Assembly: GCA_963702435.1 (NCBI GenBank)
Contig: CAVPCR010000003.1
Coordinates: 320,001 to 384,000 of the forward strand
DNA: 64,000 nucleotides
Direction: 5' to 3'
Source: Candidatus Eiseniibacteriota bacterium
Lineage (GTDB): Bacteria; Eisenbacteria; RBG-16-71-46; CAVPCR01
Below, in pieces: positions 42,491 through 53,614 of this stretch. The translations under genes were made by a program, and so were the position numbers. The notes under the pieces are model-generated. The model did no database searches. It had not been told where the DNA came from and saw only the letters and a program-made list of their open reading frames with translations. How positions within the stretch are numbered: position 1 is the stretch's first letter; each line of letters begins with the position of its first letter.

Positions 42491-43795
42491 CTAGCGCATG
42501 CGCACCCGGCCCAGGCGACCGCTGCCGAGGCGCTTCATGAGCTCTCGCATCTGCATGAACTGCTTGAGCAACCGATTCAGGTCCTGCACCGTGGTGCCCG
42601 ACCCGCGCGCGATGCGCTGCCGGCGGCTGCCGTCGATGATCTGCGGGCGCCGCCTCTCGTCGGGCGTCATCGCACAGATCATGCCCTCGATCTGCCGGAG
42701 CGCGCGCTCGTCCACCTTGAGATCGCCGATCGCGCCCATCCCCGGCAGCATCTTGAGCATGTCCTCGAGCGGACCGAGCTTCTTCAACTGCCGGAGCTGG
42801 TTCAGGAAATCGTCGAAGCCGAAGCCCTCCTTGCGCAGCTTCGCCTCGAGCTTCTCCGCCTCGCCCTCGTCGAAGGCCTCCTGGGCCTTCTCGACGAGCG
42901 AGACGACATCGCCCATCCCGAGGATGCGCGACGCCATCCGTTCCGGATGAAACGCATCGAGCGCGTCGATCCGCTCACCGACCGAGGCCAGCTTGATCGG
43001 CTTGCCGGTCACCGTGCGGATCGAGAGCGCCGCGCCGCCGCGGGCATCGCCGTCGAGCTTGGTCAACGCCACACCGTCGATACCGAGCTCGGCATCGAAC
43101 GTGCTCGCCGTGCGCACCGCGTCCTGCCCGGTCATGGCGTCAACGACGAGCAGCGTCTCCGCGGGCTTGACCGCCGCCTTGAGCGCCTTGAGCTCGGCCA
43201 TCATCGCCGCGTCCACGTGCAGGCGGCCGGCCGAGTCGATGATGACGAGATCGTACCCCTGCGCGCCCCGGAGCGCCTCCGTCGCCACCGCCACCGCGTC
43301 GCGCGCATCGCGCCGCGCGAAGACGGGGACCCCGCACTCCCGCCCCAGCACCTCGAGCTGGTCGATGGCCGCCGGCCGCACGAGATCGGCGGCGACGAGG
43401 AGCGGCCGCTCGCCCCGCTTTTGCGCCCGGCGCGCGAGCTTGGCGGCAAGCGTCGTCTTCCCCGAGCCCTGGAGCCCGGCGAGGAGGAGGACGGTCGGCG
43501 GCGTCGCGGCCCGTGCGATCTCGGCGGTCTCGCCGCCGAGGAGCGCCACGAGCTCGTCGTGCACGATCTTGATCACAAGCTGGCCGGGCTGGATCGACCG
43601 GAGCACATCCTGTCCGACCGCCTTCGCCTCCACGCGGCGGACGAAGTCCCGCACCACGTCGAACTGGACGTCCGCTTCGAGCAACGCCCGCCGCACCTCG
43701 CGGAGCGACTCGCGAACGTTGTCCTCGGTCAGCTTGCCGCGGTCGCGGAGGGCGCGGAAGACCTGCCCGAGCCGACCTGTGAGCTCGTCGAACAT
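42491..43795 (-). CDS. ffh: Signal recognition particle protein
   Basis: [38 protein letters not shown]. Confidence 0.96.
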   Translation of the reverse strand: MFDELTGRLGQVFRALRDRGKLTEDNVRESLREVRRALLEADVQFDVVRDFVRRVEAKAVGQDVLRSIQPGQLVIKIVHDELVALLGGETAEIARAATPPTVLLLAGLQGSGKTTLAAKLARRAQKRGERPLLVAADLVRPAAIDQLEVLGRECGVPVFARRDARDAVAVATEALRGAQGYDLVIIDSAGRLHVDAAMMAELKALKAAVKPAETLLVVDAMTGQDAVRTASTFDAELGIDGVALTKLDGDARGGAALSIRTVTGKPIKLASVGERIDALDAFHPERMASRILGMGDVVSLVEKAQEAFDEGEAEKLEAKLRKEGFGFDDFLNQLRQLKKLGPLEDMLKMLPGMGAIGDLKVDERALRQIEGMICAMTPDERRRPQIIDGSRRQRIARGSGTTVQDLNRLLKQFMQMRELMKRLGSGRLGRVRMR

Positions 43796-44069
43796 CGGAT
43801 CCGAACCCTGGGGATGCGGGGGTGGCGAGCGCCGGCGGGTGCGCGCGCTCGCGTGCTCGAAGCAAAGGGGAAAGGCTACCAGCGGCCGCCCCCATCGCTC
43901 AAGCCCGAAGATGGACGGGAGTTAGCCCGGGCGGCCGGTCTCCCGGGGCGGCCGGGGGCGATCGCCGGTTCGCCGGCCCCGCGCGCCGACTCCGGGGACG
44001 CCCGGACCCCGACCCCGGTGTCGATCCCGGGCCGGGGCGGCATCCCCGCGCCCCAGGCGGCGCTTCCCG

Positions 44070-44765
44070 CTACTCCGACCGGGCCCCCGGGGTGGCGAGT
44101 GCCGCCTCGCGGAGAGCGCGGACCGCCCCCGCAGCGTCGCCTCGCCCGAAAACCGCGTTCCCGGCCACGAGGACCTCGGCTCCGGCCGCCACCACCTCGG
44201 GCGCCGTCGCCGGGGAGATGCCGCCATCCACCTCGATCACGTAGCGGAGTCTGTGGCGCGCCTTCCAGGCAGCCGCGGCCGCGATCTTCGGCACCACGTC
44301 CTTGCGGAAGGACTGGCCGGAGAACCCCGGGTGCACCGTCATGACGAGCAGGAGATCGAGCGCGGGCAGCACCTCGCGCACATCCTCGAACGGGGTGGCC
44401 GGATTGAGCGCCATCCCGACCCGGGCCCCGGCGGCCCGGATCCGGGCCGCGACCCGGGCCGGATCGTCGGTCGCCTCCCAGTGAAAGCTGATCCAGTCGG
44501 CGCCGGCCTTGCGGAACGGCTCGATGAAGTCCTCGGGGTCGGTGACCATGAGATGCGCGTCGAACTCGAGCCGGGTCACCGGGCGCAGGCCGGCCACGAC
44601 CGCCGGCCCGATGGTCAGATTCGGGACGAAGTGTCCGTCCATGATGTCGAGGTGGAGCCACTCGGCGCCGCCAGCCTCGGCGGCGCGAATTTCCTCGGCC
44701 AGGCGCGAAAAGTCGGCCGAGAGAATGGAGGGCGCGATGCGCACGTGCTTCTGGGTCAACGCCAA
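44070..44765 (-). CDS. rpe: Ribulose-phosphate 3-epimerase
   Basis: IAPSILSADF, HLDIMDGHFVPN, EVDGGI. Confidence 0.95.
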   Translation of the reverse strand: MALTQKHVRIAPSILSADFSRLAEEIRAAEAGGAEWLHLDIMDGHFVPNLTIGPAVVAGLRPVTRLEFDAHLMVTDPEDFIEPFRKAGADWISFHWEATDDPARVAARIRAAGARVGMALNPATPFEDVREVLPALDLLLVMTVHPGFSGQSFRKDVVPKIAAAAAWKARHRLRYVIEVDGGISPATAPEVVAAGAEVLVAGNAVFGRGDAAGAVRALREAALATPGARSE

Positions 44766-45544
44766 CCTCCGCGTCCTGACGCGATCGTCAGCTCGACGAG
44801 ATCGCCGCTTTGGATCCGGTAGCCCGGTGGCGGCTGCTGCTCGAGGATCTCACCCGGCGCCGCCGCGCGGGCGTCGCGGCTGCGCGAGGTCAGGCGGATG
44901 CCGGATCGCTCGAGCAACGAGCTCACTTCCTCGACCTGGCGCCCGCGCAGATCCGGAAGCAGGTAGGTGACCGCGCGCGGGCCGAGGCTGACCAGGAGAT
45001 CGATGCGCGCTCCGCTCTCGACGCGCGAGCGGGCCGGGGGATCGGAGGCGATGACCGCATCCTTGTCCACCGTCTCAGAGTGGGCAAGCACCAGCCGCCC
45101 GGCGCGCAACCCGCCGCGCGCGAGGCGCACCTGGGCGTCGCGCGAGTCGGTTCCGGTCAGATCCGGCACCTCCTGGCCGGCGCTCCCGATCGAGACCTTG
45201 AGCCGCACTTCCCGCCCCGTCTTGACCAGGCTCATCGGGGCCGGATCCTGCGCGGTCACGAACCCGTCGGGAAACTCCGCGCTCCACTCCTCGGCGACGT
45301 GGCCGACGCGCAGCCCCTCGCCCTCGAGCACGCGGCGGGCGCCCGCCAGCGGGCGGCCGACGACATCGGGCACCTGGATATCGTCGCCGTGCCCGAGGAG
45401 GGCGGGCATCACGATGAAGTTGAAGAGCGCGGTCCCCGCGATGAACCCCCCGGCCGCGAGCGCGGCCAGGCGCAGACCGCTGGCCCACGCGGGACGAGGG
45501 GGCCGGGCTGCCGTGTCGTTCGAGCGTGGAATCGAGGTCACCAC
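44756..45544 (-). CDS. Membrane-anchored protein with three PASTA domains
   Basis: One TM helix then VPDVVG, VPDLTG, LPDLRG repeats with Q.P.P. Confidence 0.85.
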   Translation of the reverse strand: MVTSIPRSNDTAARPPRPAWASGLRLAALAAGGFIAGTALFNFIVMPALLGHGDDIQVPDVVGRPLAGARRVLEGEGLRVGHVAEEWSAEFPDGFVTAQDPAPMSLVKTGREVRLKVSIGSAGQEVPDLTGTDSRDAQVRLARGGLRAGRLVLAHSETVDKDAVIASDPPARSRVESGARIDLLVSLGPRAVTYLLPDLRGRQVEEVSSLLERSGIRLTSRSRDARAAAPGEILEQQPPPGYRIQSGDLVELTIASGRGGWR

Positions 45545-45701
45545 GCGCTCCTTCGTGACGCCGGCGCCGCCTCAGGGTCGGAACGGAACGAGGGTGCGGT
45601 CGCCGGGAACCGGGATGGACGCCGGCGCGTGAAGCACGCCCCCGTCCGCACGGCCATCGGATAGCACGGGGCGCAACGCGGCGCAAGCTGCGGCCGCCCC
45701 A

Positions 45702-47495
45702 TCAGCGCCCCGTCCGTCCGGCGCCGGGGCGCTGCGGAACCCGCGCCCCGGGACGCCGCGCATCCCGCGGGCGCGGACTCGAGCGCCGTCGCGCCTCGCG
45801 CGCGGCCGCCGAGTCCGGGGCGCCCTCACCCTCGTCGCGGTCCTCCGTCTCCGCGCCGTCCTCCCCGCTCGGCTGCGGTGCGCGCCGGCGGAGTCGCACC
45901 GCGAACACACCATCGGTCCCCCACTCGTCCGAGAGCACGCGCATGTAACCCTCGGACGTGACGGCGGCCGCCGGGATCCCGGGACCGGGCCGGTCCACCC
46001 GCCATCCGGGATGGCGGGCGAGAAAGGCCCTGACCTGGCGCTCGCACTCCTCGGGCTCGAAGCTGCAGACCGAGTAGACGAGCGCCCCGTCTGCGGCGAC
46101 GAGCTCCGCGGCGTGATCGAGGAGCTCCTTCTGGAGCGGCACCATCTCCTTGAACACGCCCTCGTTCTTGCGCCAGCGCGCATCGGCCCGCCGCCTCAGC
46201 ACGCCGAGCCCGGAGCACGGCGCGTCGACGAGCACCCGATCGAAGCTCCCGGGGCGCCCGAAGGTGCGGCCGTCGGCGAGGACGAGATCGGCGCGCGCCC
46301 CCATCCGCACGAGCCCCTCCCGGGTGCGCTTGAGCCGCGACGCCGCGATCTCGACGCCGACCACATGCGCCTCCCCGCGGCTCCACTCCGCGATGTGTCC
46401 GAGCTTGCCGCCCGGCCCCGCGCACAGATCGAGCACCCGCTGCCCGGGGCGCGGATTGAGGAGCGGCACGACGAGCGCTTCGCTCTCGTCCTGCACGGTG
46501 CATTGGCCGGTGCGGAACGCCTCCATCTCGTAGAGCACCGCGCCCGGGCCGAGGCGGAGACAATCGGAGCTCAGGCGCCCCGCCTCGACCTGGATCCCCG
46601 CCCTGCCGAGCGAGCGCTCGAGCTCGACCGCCGACGTGCGGCGCCGGTTGACGCGGATCGAGACCACGGCCGCCTCGTTGTTGGCGGCGAGCAGCCGCTG
46701 GGTCCGCTCCCGGCCGTAGCGCTCGAGCCAGCGGCGAACGATCCAGTCGGGATGCGATTCGTAGACGCCGAGCGCCTGGACCAGATCGGTCTCCAGATCG
46801 GGAAAGCTGATCTCGCGAAGCGCCTCGGGCAGGCGGCGGAGGACGGCGTTGACGAGCCCGGCGGTGCCCGGATGGCCGTACTTGTTGGCGAGCGCGACGG
46901 TCTCGTCGACCGCCGCGTGCCGGGGCACGCGATCGAGGAAGAGGAGCTGATAGGCGCCGAGGCGGAGGCACAGCCGGATCCAGATCGGCAGCTCGTCGAG
47001 CGGGCGGCGCGTGAGCTGGTTCAGGACGTGATCGAGCCGGCGCTCGAAGCGCAGCGTCCCCTGCACGATCTGGGTCGCCAGCCGGCGATCCTCGGCCCCG
47101 AGCCGCGCCTCGTCGAGGCGGCGGTCGAGATGGCGATCGGCGAACGCCGCCCGGCTCTCGACCTCGAAGAGCACGCGGAGGGCCACCTCGCGCGCCGAGG
47201 TGCGCGGTGCCGTTCTCGCGGGCGCTCTCCGCGGTGCCGCGCCGGGCGCGATTCCGATCGCCGGCGTGCCGCGCACCGGCGTGCCGCGCACCGGCGTGCC
47301 GCGCGCCGGCGTGCCGCGCGCCGGCGGCGCGCCCGGGCGTTCGCGCCGCCGATCGGAATCGGGCGATCGCTCCGGCCCGCGGCGGACCGCGGGCCGCCCC
47401 CGCTTCGGCCCGGGACTGCCCTGCTTCCGGTCGGGCTCGCCGCGCGGTTTCTTCTTCGCGGGCACCCGCCCCGGCCGGTGTTCGATGGCGTTCAT
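45702..47495 (-). CDS. rsmB: 16S rRNA m5C967 methyltransferase with low-complexity N-terminal extension
   Basis: NusB-like domain, VQDE, DLCAGPGGK, DAPCSGLG, YSVCS. Confidence 0.9.
   Translation of the reverse strand: MNAIEHRPGRVPAKKKPRGEPDRKQGSPGPKRGRPAVRRGPERSPDSDRRRERPGAPPARGTPARGTPVRGTPVRGTPAIGIAPGAAPRRAPARTAPRTSAREVALRVLFEVESRAAFADRHLDRRLDEARLGAEDRRLATQIVQGTLRFERRLDHVLNQLTRRPLDELPIWIRLCLRLGAYQLLFLDRVPRHAAVDETVALANKYGHPGTAGLVNAVLRRLPEALREISFPDLETDLVQALGVYESHPDWIVRRWLERYGRERTQRLLAANNEAAVVSIRVNRRRTSAVELERSLGRAGIQVEAGRLSSDCLRLGPGAVLYEMEAFRTGQCTVQDESEALVVPLLNPRPGQRVLDLCAGPGGKLGHIAEWSRGEAHVVGVEIAASRLKRTREGLVRMGARADLVLADGRTFGRPGSFDRVLVDAPCSGLGVLRRRADARWRKNEGVFKEMVPLQKELLDHAAELVAADGALVYSVCSFEPEECERQVRAFLARHPGWRVDRPGPGIPAAAVTSEGYMRVLSDEWGTDGVFAVRLRRRAPQPSGEDGAETEDRDEGEGAPDSAAAREARRRSSPRPRDARRPGARVPQRPGAGRTGR
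47261..47326. repeat. 15-bp coding tandem repeat x4 in rsmB (RGTP[AV])
   Basis: CCGGCGTGCCGCGC(A/G) x4. Confidence 0.85.
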
Positions 47496-48487
47496 GGTCG
47501 CCTCTCCGGAGACTTGAGCTCGGCGGCCGCTTCCTCTGCCCCGGGCAGCGACTCCCAGCGCGCGCCGGGAGCGAGCCGCCGCCCGCGCGCGAAGGCAGCC
47601 GCGCTCATCGCGCGCTTCCCCGCCGGCTTGACCACGCGCACGAGGAGCGAGCCCTCCCCGGTGGCGACGGTCAATCCCGCTTCCTCCACCGTGAGGATCG
47701 CGCCCGGCGCGTTCCTGCCTCCATCATGCCCGATCACGGGCTCCGCCGCGAGAATCTCGATCGGCTCGCCGGCGAGGACCGCGCGCGCTCCCGGCCAGCC
47801 GAGGACGGCGCGGATCTGCCGGTCGAGCCAGGCGGCGGGCTGGCTCCAGTCGAGATGTCCGTGCTCCTTCCGGAAGCGCGGCGCATAGGACGCGCCGTGC
47901 TCCCCCTGCGGCCGCGGCGCGAGCGTCCCCGCCGCGGCGGCCGCCACCGTCTCGACGACGAGGTCCGCCCCGCGCGCGGCGAGCCGGGCGGCGAGCGCGA
48001 CGTGGTCCTCGCGCTGGCCGACCGCCATGCGCTCGACACGGAGCAGATCCCCGGTGTCGATGCCCTCGTCCATGCGGATGGTGGCCACTCCCGTCTCGCG
48101 ATCGCCGGCGAGGATGGTCCACGGGATCGGCGCCACACCGCGGTGGCGAGGCAGGAGCGACGGGTGGAGATTCACCGGCATGAACCGGGGGAGATCGAGC
48201 ACGCGGCGGCGCAGGATGAGGCCGAAGGCGACGACGACGAGGAAATCGGGATGGAAGTCGCGAAGCGGTGCGGTGGCCTCCTCGTCGCGGAGCGTTGCCC
48301 GCTCGAGAACCGGCGCGCCGAGCTCGATGGCGCGCGCGGCGACGGGCGATGGCGCGGGGTGGAGGCCGCGGCCGCGCGGGCGGGCCGGCTGGGTGACCAC
48401 GAGGAGCTCGTGGCCCGCCTGCGCCAGGCGCTCGAGCGCGGGCACCGCGAACCCGGGTGTGCCCATGAAGACGATGCGGAGCGCCAT
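47492..48487 (-). CDS. fmt: Methionyl-tRNA formyltransferase
   Basis: IVFMGTPGFA, NLHPSLLPRHRG.API, DEGIDTGD. Confidence 0.95.
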   Translation of the reverse strand: MALRIVFMGTPGFAVPALERLAQAGHELLVVTQPARPRGRGLHPAPSPVAARAIELGAPVLERATLRDEEATAPLRDFHPDFLVVVAFGLILRRRVLDLPRFMPVNLHPSLLPRHRGVAPIPWTILAGDRETGVATIRMDEGIDTGDLLRVERMAVGQREDHVALAARLAARGADLVVETVAAAAAGTLAPRPQGEHGASYAPRFRKEHGHLDWSQPAAWLDRQIRAVLGWPGARAVLAGEPIEILAAEPVIGHDGGRNAPGAILTVEEAGLTVATGEGSLLVRVVKPAGKRAMSAAAFARGRRLAPGARWESLPGAEEAAAELKSPERRP

Positions 48488-48533
48488 GGCCTGTGGTCTG
48501 GATGCGGCGCGAGCCTCCTCGCCCGCGCCGCGC

Positions 48534-49064
48534 TCACGACGCCGCGAGCTCCGCGGCGATCGAGTCGAGCTGCCGCTTGAGGAGCTGGCGCCTGAGCGCC
48601 GACAGCCGATCGATGAAGAGGACGCCGTCGAGATGGTCCATCTCGTGCTGGATCGCCCGCGCGACGAGGCCGCGGCCGACGACCCGGAACGGTCGGCCCT
48701 CGACGTCGAGCGCCTCGAGCGTGACCGTCGCGTGTCGCTTCACCTTCTCGCGGAGCCCGGGAATGGACAGGCACCCCTCCTCGGACAGGATCTGGCCCTC
48801 GGCGCCGACGACGCGCGGGTTGACCGCCGTGAAACGCACGATCGGGCTCTCGGGGTCCTCGGGATCCTCGGGGCAGTCGACCACGAACAGGCGCAGCGAC
48901 ACCCCGATCTGCGGCGCCGCGATCCCCGCGCCTTCCTCGTCCGCGCAGGTCTCGTACATGTCGGCGACGAGCGCGCGCAGAGCGCCGGTGCCCGTCTCCT
49001 CCACCTCGGCTGCCTTCATCCGCAGCACAGGATCTCCATAGAAACGTAGATTACGTCTCGCCAT
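48534..49064 (-). CDS. def: Peptide deformylase
   Basis: GIAAPQIG, EGCLS, QHEMDHLDG. Confidence 0.96.
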   Translation of the reverse strand: MARRNLRFYGDPVLRMKAAEVEETGTGALRALVADMYETCADEEGAGIAAPQIGVSLRLFVVDCPEDPEDPESPIVRFTAVNPRVVGAEGQILSEEGCLSIPGLREKVKRHATVTLEALDVEGRPFRVVGRGLVARAIQHEMDHLDGVLFIDRLSALRRQLLKRQLDSIAAELAAS

Positions 49065-49380
49065 CCTTCGAGCTTCCCTTGAGCGCCGTGATCGCCTGCT
49101 TGGCGACCTCGACCTTGGTGTTCTCAGCGATCTTCAAAACTACCACGTCGTCCCGCGTCCCAACAACCACGCCGTAGAGCCCGCCCTGCGTCAGCACCTC
49201 GTCTCCCTTCTTCAGGGCCGTGAGCATCTGCTGATGCTCCTTCTGGCGCTTGGACTGCGGGCGGATGAGGAGCATATAGAAGATGACGAAGATCAGAAGG
49301 AACGGGACGAGCTGCACCCAGAACGGCGCCGGCTCGGCCGCACCCTGCGGCCTCGCCATGGCCAAGACGACTCCCACCAT
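49051..49380 (-). CDS. yajC: Preprotein translocase subunit YajC
   Basis: IFYMLLIRPQ.KRQK, LKKGDEVLTQGGLYG; GGAGGT before ATG 49380. Confidence 0.92.
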   Translation of the reverse strand: MVGVVLAMARPQGAAEPAPFWVQLVPFLLIFVIFYMLLIRPQSKRQKEHQQMLTALKKGDEVLTQGGLYGVVVGTRDDVVVLKIAENTKVEVAKQAITALKGSSKDGET

Positions 49381-49473
49381 GCGCACCTCCCACAATCGTT
49401 GTTCCCTACGTCTCTCGCGAACTTAAGCCGTTCTCTCCGCCGCGGCCGGCATCCTCGCCCGCACGGGCGGCGC

Positions 49474-50676
49474 TCACGGCCGCACCGTCCGGTCCGCCGC
49501 CGGGCGCTCGCGTCGCTCCGCCTCGCCGGCGGCGTACTCGGCCAGGAAGTCGCCACTCCAGCGGGCGAACGTCCCGGCGCCGATACTCTCCCGCATCTCG
49601 GCCATCATCGCCAGATAGAAAGAGACGCTGTGCAGCGTCGCCAGCCGCGGCCCGAGGATCTCCCCGGCATGGAAGAGATGCCGCAGGTACGCCCGCGAGA
49701 AGTTCGCGCACGCATAGCAGCGGCAGCGCTCGTCGATCGGCCGCGGATCGTCCTTCCACTCGGCGTTCTTGATCACGACCTTGCCCCGGCGCGTGAACAC
49801 GGTTCCGTTGCGGGCGTTGCGCGTCGGCAGGACGCAATCGAAGAGGTCCACGCCGGCGGCCACCGCCCGCACGATGTCGTCCGGGGCCCCTACCCCCATG
49901 AGATAGCGCGGCCGGTCCGCCGGGAGCACCTCATTCACGGCCGCCACCGCCGCGAAGGTCGCCGTCTTGGGCTCCCCCACCATGAAGCCCCCGAGCGCGT
50001 ACCCGGGGTAGTCGAGGGCGACCAGGTCGCGGGCCGCGGCCCGGCGGAGGGCGAGGTCCACACCGCCCTGGACGATGGCGAACGCGGCTCCCGGCGGCCC
50101 CCCGGCCGGGGTGCGGCACCCCGCCGCCGCCTGGGCCCCGAGGTGCGCCGCCGAGCGGACGGCCCAGGCCTGCGTGCGCTCGACCGCCGCGCAGAGGACC
50201 TCCGGGGGCGAGGGATAGGGCGGGCACACGTCGAGGAGCATCATCACGTCGGACCCCAGCGCGAGCTGCACGTCGAGCGCGCGCTCGGGCGTGAGCTCGA
50301 CCGGCGCACCGTCGAGATGCGAGCGAAAGCGCACGCCCTCGTCGCTGATGGCCACGCGGTCGGTGAGGCTCAGGACCTGATAGCCGCCGGAGTCGGTGAG
50401 GATCGGACGCGACCAGCCCATGAAGCGATGGAGCCCGCCGAGACGCGCCACGCGCTCCGGCCCCGGCCGGAGGAGGAGGTGGTACGTGTTGGCGAGGAGG
50501 ATCTCGACGCCGGCTTCCTCGAGCTCATGCGGGGTCATGGTCTTGACCGTGCCCTGCGTGCCGACGGGCATGAAGGCCGGCGTCGCGACCCGCCCGTGCG
50601 CGAGCTCGAGCACGCCCGCGCGCGCGCCGACCGCGGGCGCGGCGCCGCGCGGTGTGAAGCGGAGCACCGGATGCAC
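49474..50676 (-). CDS. tgt: tRNA-guanine transglycosylase
   Basis: TPAFMPVGT, NTYHL, TDSGGYQ, DCVLPTRNARNG, C.C..C zinc site. Confidence 0.94.
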   Translation of the reverse strand: MHPVLRFTPRGAAPAVGARAGVLELAHGRVATPAFMPVGTQGTVKTMTPHELEEAGVEILLANTYHLLLRPGPERVARLGGLHRFMGWSRPILTDSGGYQVLSLTDRVAISDEGVRFRSHLDGAPVELTPERALDVQLALGSDVMMLLDVCPPYPSPPEVLCAAVERTQAWAVRSAAHLGAQAAAGCRTPAGGPPGAAFAIVQGGVDLALRRAAARDLVALDYPGYALGGFMVGEPKTATFAAVAAVNEVLPADRPRYLMGVGAPDDIVRAVAAGVDLFDCVLPTRNARNGTVFTRRGKVVIKNAEWKDDPRPIDERCRCYACANFSRAYLRHLFHAGEILGPRLATLHSVSFYLAMMAEMRESIGAGTFARWSGDFLAEYAAGEAERRERPAADRTVRP

Positions 50677-50705
50677 GTCTTGACTCGCCAATCGCGTTCC
50701 CTGGT

Positions 50706-51836
50706 CTAGGCGATGAACATCGCGTCGCCGTACGAGAAGAAGAGGTACCCGCGCTCGACCGCCGCGGCGTAGGCGGCGAGCACCCGCTCCCGTCCGGCGA
50801 AGGCGCACACGAGCATGAGGAGCGTCGAGCGCGGCAGATGGAAGTTGGTGACGAGCGCATCCACCGCCTGGAACTCGTAGGGCGGATGGATGAAGAGCCC
50901 GCTCTCGCCGCTCCCGGCCAGGACGGTGCCGCCGGGGCCGCCGGCCGCGCGCGCAGCGCGCGCAGCGCGCGCCTGCGTCTCGAGGGTGCGGACGACCGTG
51001 GTGCCGACGGCGACGATGCGCCCCCCGCTCGCCCGCGCCGCGTTGATCTCGGCGGCCGCCGCCTCCGGGAGCGCGAACGCCTCCGGCTCGAGCTCGTGCT
51101 CGCGAATGTCCGCCGCCTGGACCGGGCGAAAGGTCCCGGGGCCCGGATGCAGCACGAGCCGCGCGATCCGCACGCCGCGGGCCGCGAGCCGCGCGAGGAG
51201 CTCGGGCGTGAAGTGGAGCCCCGCCGTCGGCGCCGCCACCCCACCCGGCACCCGCGAGTACACGGTCTGGTAATCGGTCACATCGCGCGCATCGTCCTCG
51301 CGTCCGAGGTACGGCGGGATGGGCACCCGCCCGTGCGTCTCGAGGAGCTCGTCCATCGGGCGCGGGCCGGCGAGGCGCACGAGCCGCCGTCCCCGCCCGA
51401 TCACGGCCACGACCTCGCCCTGGATCGCCCCGCCGGCGAGGACAAACCGGGTGCCGGGGACGAGGCTTCTCCCCGGCCTTCCGAGCGCTTCCCACAGACC
51501 ATCCGGACGCGCGCTCACGAGGAGGAGCTCGACGCGCCCGCCGGTCGCGGCCCGCACGCCGTAGAGCCGTGCCCTGATCACGCGCGTCTCGTTCAGCACG
51601 AGGCAGTCGCCGGCGACGAGAAAGCGTTCGAGATCGCGAAAGGCGGCGTGCGCGATCGACTCGGGCGCGCTGCCGGAGCGCGCGAGCACGAGGAGTCGCG
51701 CCGCGTCGCGCACGGCGGGCGGGCGGGTCGCGATGAGCTCCGGCGGCAGGCGGAACTCATAGGACGCGGTGTGGTAGATCGCGTCCGCGGGAAGGGAGGC
51801 GGGGGCCGCCGGGTCTCGCTCCACCTCGACGCTCAC
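50706..51836 (-). CDS. queA: S-adenosylmethionine:tRNA ribosyltransferase-isomerase
   Basis: LNETRVIRARL, PIPPYL, AAPTAGLHF, TNFHLPRSTL, FSYGDAM. Confidence 0.94.
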   Translation of the reverse strand: MSVEVERDPAAPASLPADAIYHTASYEFRLPPELIATRPPAVRDAARLLVLARSGSAPESIAHAAFRDLERFLVAGDCLVLNETRVIRARLYGVRAATGGRVELLLVSARPDGLWEALGRPGRSLVPGTRFVLAGGAIQGEVVAVIGRGRRLVRLAGPRPMDELLETHGRVPIPPYLGREDDARDVTDYQTVYSRVPGGVAAPTAGLHFTPELLARLAARGVRIARLVLHPGPGTFRPVQAADIREHELEPEAFALPEAAAAEINAARASGGRIVAVGTTVVRTLETQARAARAARAAGGPGGTVLAGSGESGLFIHPPYEFQAVDALVTNFHLPRSTLLMLVCAFAGRERVLAAYAAAVERGYLFFSYGDAMFIA

Positions 51837-52069
51837 CGCCGGGAGAGAGCTCTCACGAGGTTGACCGCGACCGTGACGGCCAGGCTCACGAGGAGCGCCG
51901 AGGTGATCGGGAAGTAGACGCGCACACTGCCCCGCTCGAAGCGGAGATCCCCCGGCAACCGGCCGAGCCCGAGGCGGCCGAGACCGAGCCGCTCGCCGAA
52001 GAGGAGGAGGAGGCCCGCGGCGCCGAGGGCGGCCCCGGCGAGGAGGAGCAGCTTGCCGAGATGGGTCAT
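51833..52069 (-). CDS. DUF2905-family small membrane protein
   Basis: LGRLPGDL, YFPITS; usual ruvB-queA position. Confidence 0.85.
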   Translation of the reverse strand: MTHLGKLLLLAGAALGAAGLLLLFGERLGLGRLGLGRLPGDLRFERGSVRVYFPITSALLVSLAVTVAVNLVRALSRR

Positions 52070-52117
52070 GACATCCAGTGCGCCGTGGCTTGCAGCCGGT
52101 GGTCCCTCGCCGGACGG

Positions 52118-53149
52118 CTAGAGGAAACGCTCCTGCGGATCGATGATGGGCACCGGGCGGCCGAGGTGCTCGTACGCGAGGCGGGTCGCCACCCGCCCGC
52201 GCGGCGTGCGGTGGAGGAGACCGGCCTCGATGAGAAACGGCTCGTAGACGTCCTCGAGCGTGTCGGCCTCCTCCCCCACCGACACGGCGAGAGTGCTGAT
52301 ACCCACCGGCCCGCCACCGAACTTGTCGATCACGGTCTCGAGCACGCGCCGGTCCATGCTGTCGAGGCCGCGCTCGTCCACCTTGAGGATGCGGAGCGCC
52401 TCGCGCACGACATCGACGTCTATACGTCCGTCCCCGCGCACCTCGGCGAAGTCGCGGGCCCGGCGCAGGAGCCGGTTGGCCACGCGCGGCGTGCCGCGCG
52501 CGCGCCGGGCGAGCTCGATCGCCGCCTCCCGGTCGATCTCGACCGCGAGGATGCGGGCGGCGCGACCCACGACCTGGGCCAGATCGGACGGCGGGTAGTA
52601 GTCGATGCGCGCCGAGATGCCGAAGCGGGCGCGAAGCGGCGAGGTGAGGAGCCCTGTGCGCGTCGTGGCACCGACCAGCGTGAAGTGATTCAGGTTCAGC
52701 CGCAGCGAGCGCGCACTCGGCCCGCGGTCGATCATCACGTCGATCCGGAAGTCCTCCATCGCGGGGTAGAGGTACTCCTCGACGGTCGCGCTCAGGCGAT
52801 GGATCTCGTCGATGAACAGGACATCGCCCGGGCGGAGCCTGGTCAGGAGGCCGGCGAGATCGGCCGGTCGCTCGATCACCGGGCCCGAGGTCGAGACGAA
52901 GGCGACCTCCATCTCGTTGGCCAGGATGTGGGCGAGGGTCGTCTTCCCGAGCCCGGGCGGCCCACAGAGAAGCGTGTGATCGAGCGCCTCGCCGCGCTGG
53001 CGGGCGGCATCGAGGGCGAGATCGAGCTGTTCCTTGAGATCCGCCTGACCGATGAAGTCGTCGAGCGTGGTCGGCCGGAGCGTGGTCTCGACCACCTGCT
53101 CGGCCTCGACGACCTCGGGGCGGATGAGCGGGTTCGGCTCGCTTGGCAT
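52118..53149 (-). CDS. ruvB: Holliday junction branch migration helicase RuvB
   Basis: [43 protein letters not shown]. Confidence 0.95.
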   Translation of the reverse strand: MPSEPNPLIRPEVVEAEQVVETTLRPTTLDDFIGQADLKEQLDLALDAARQRGEALDHTLLCGPPGLGKTTLAHILANEMEVAFVSTSGPVIERPADLAGLLTRLRPGDVLFIDEIHRLSATVEEYLYPAMEDFRIDVMIDRGPSARSLRLNLNHFTLVGATTRTGLLTSPLRARFGISARIDYYPPSDLAQVVGRAARILAVEIDREAAIELARRARGTPRVANRLLRRARDFAEVRGDGRIDVDVVREALRILKVDERGLDSMDRRVLETVIDKFGGGPVGISTLAVSVGEEADTLEDVYEPFLIEAGLLHRTPRGRVATRLAYEHLGRPVPIIDPQERFL

Positions 53150-53614
53150 CTGGCGCCTCGGCCCGGGGGGAGTCGGGGACGATCCTCGCGCAACACTGAG
53201 ATCGGGGCGCTCCACTGGAGCCTGCCCCGCGGGCACGGTAGCACACGCGCCCGCGCCCGGAAAAGCCCGCGCCCGGTCCCGCCAGTCATGCAACCCGAGG
53301 ACTGGTCGTCGCGCCATCTCTCCACAGACCTCCTCCGGGGATGGGTATCCGCGCGCGGGGCGGCATGCCGCCCCGAACTCGTCGCCCGGCGCGCGCCAAC
53401 GGCAACGCCCGGGTCTCGCGCACGTGGATTTGCACGAACCGTGCCGCCGGCCGCGAGAGCTCCCGTCCAGGAAGCGACTCGGACGCGTCCTCGCGGCCCG
53501 CGCCACGATCCCTCCCGCCGGATTGCGCACGCCGTTGTCACTTCCGTCAACGGCGTTACCGGAGGGGAAGCGCACCGCCGCGCGCGGAGATCATCCGCGC
53601 CGGCACTCGCCGGC

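Noticed and set aside
43800..44069. SRP RNA (ffs) next to ffh
   Set aside because: GC-rich, but the conserved CAGG..GGAA..AGCAG domain IV motif was not found; more likely a promoter region (TTGAGC-N17-TAGCCT on minus)
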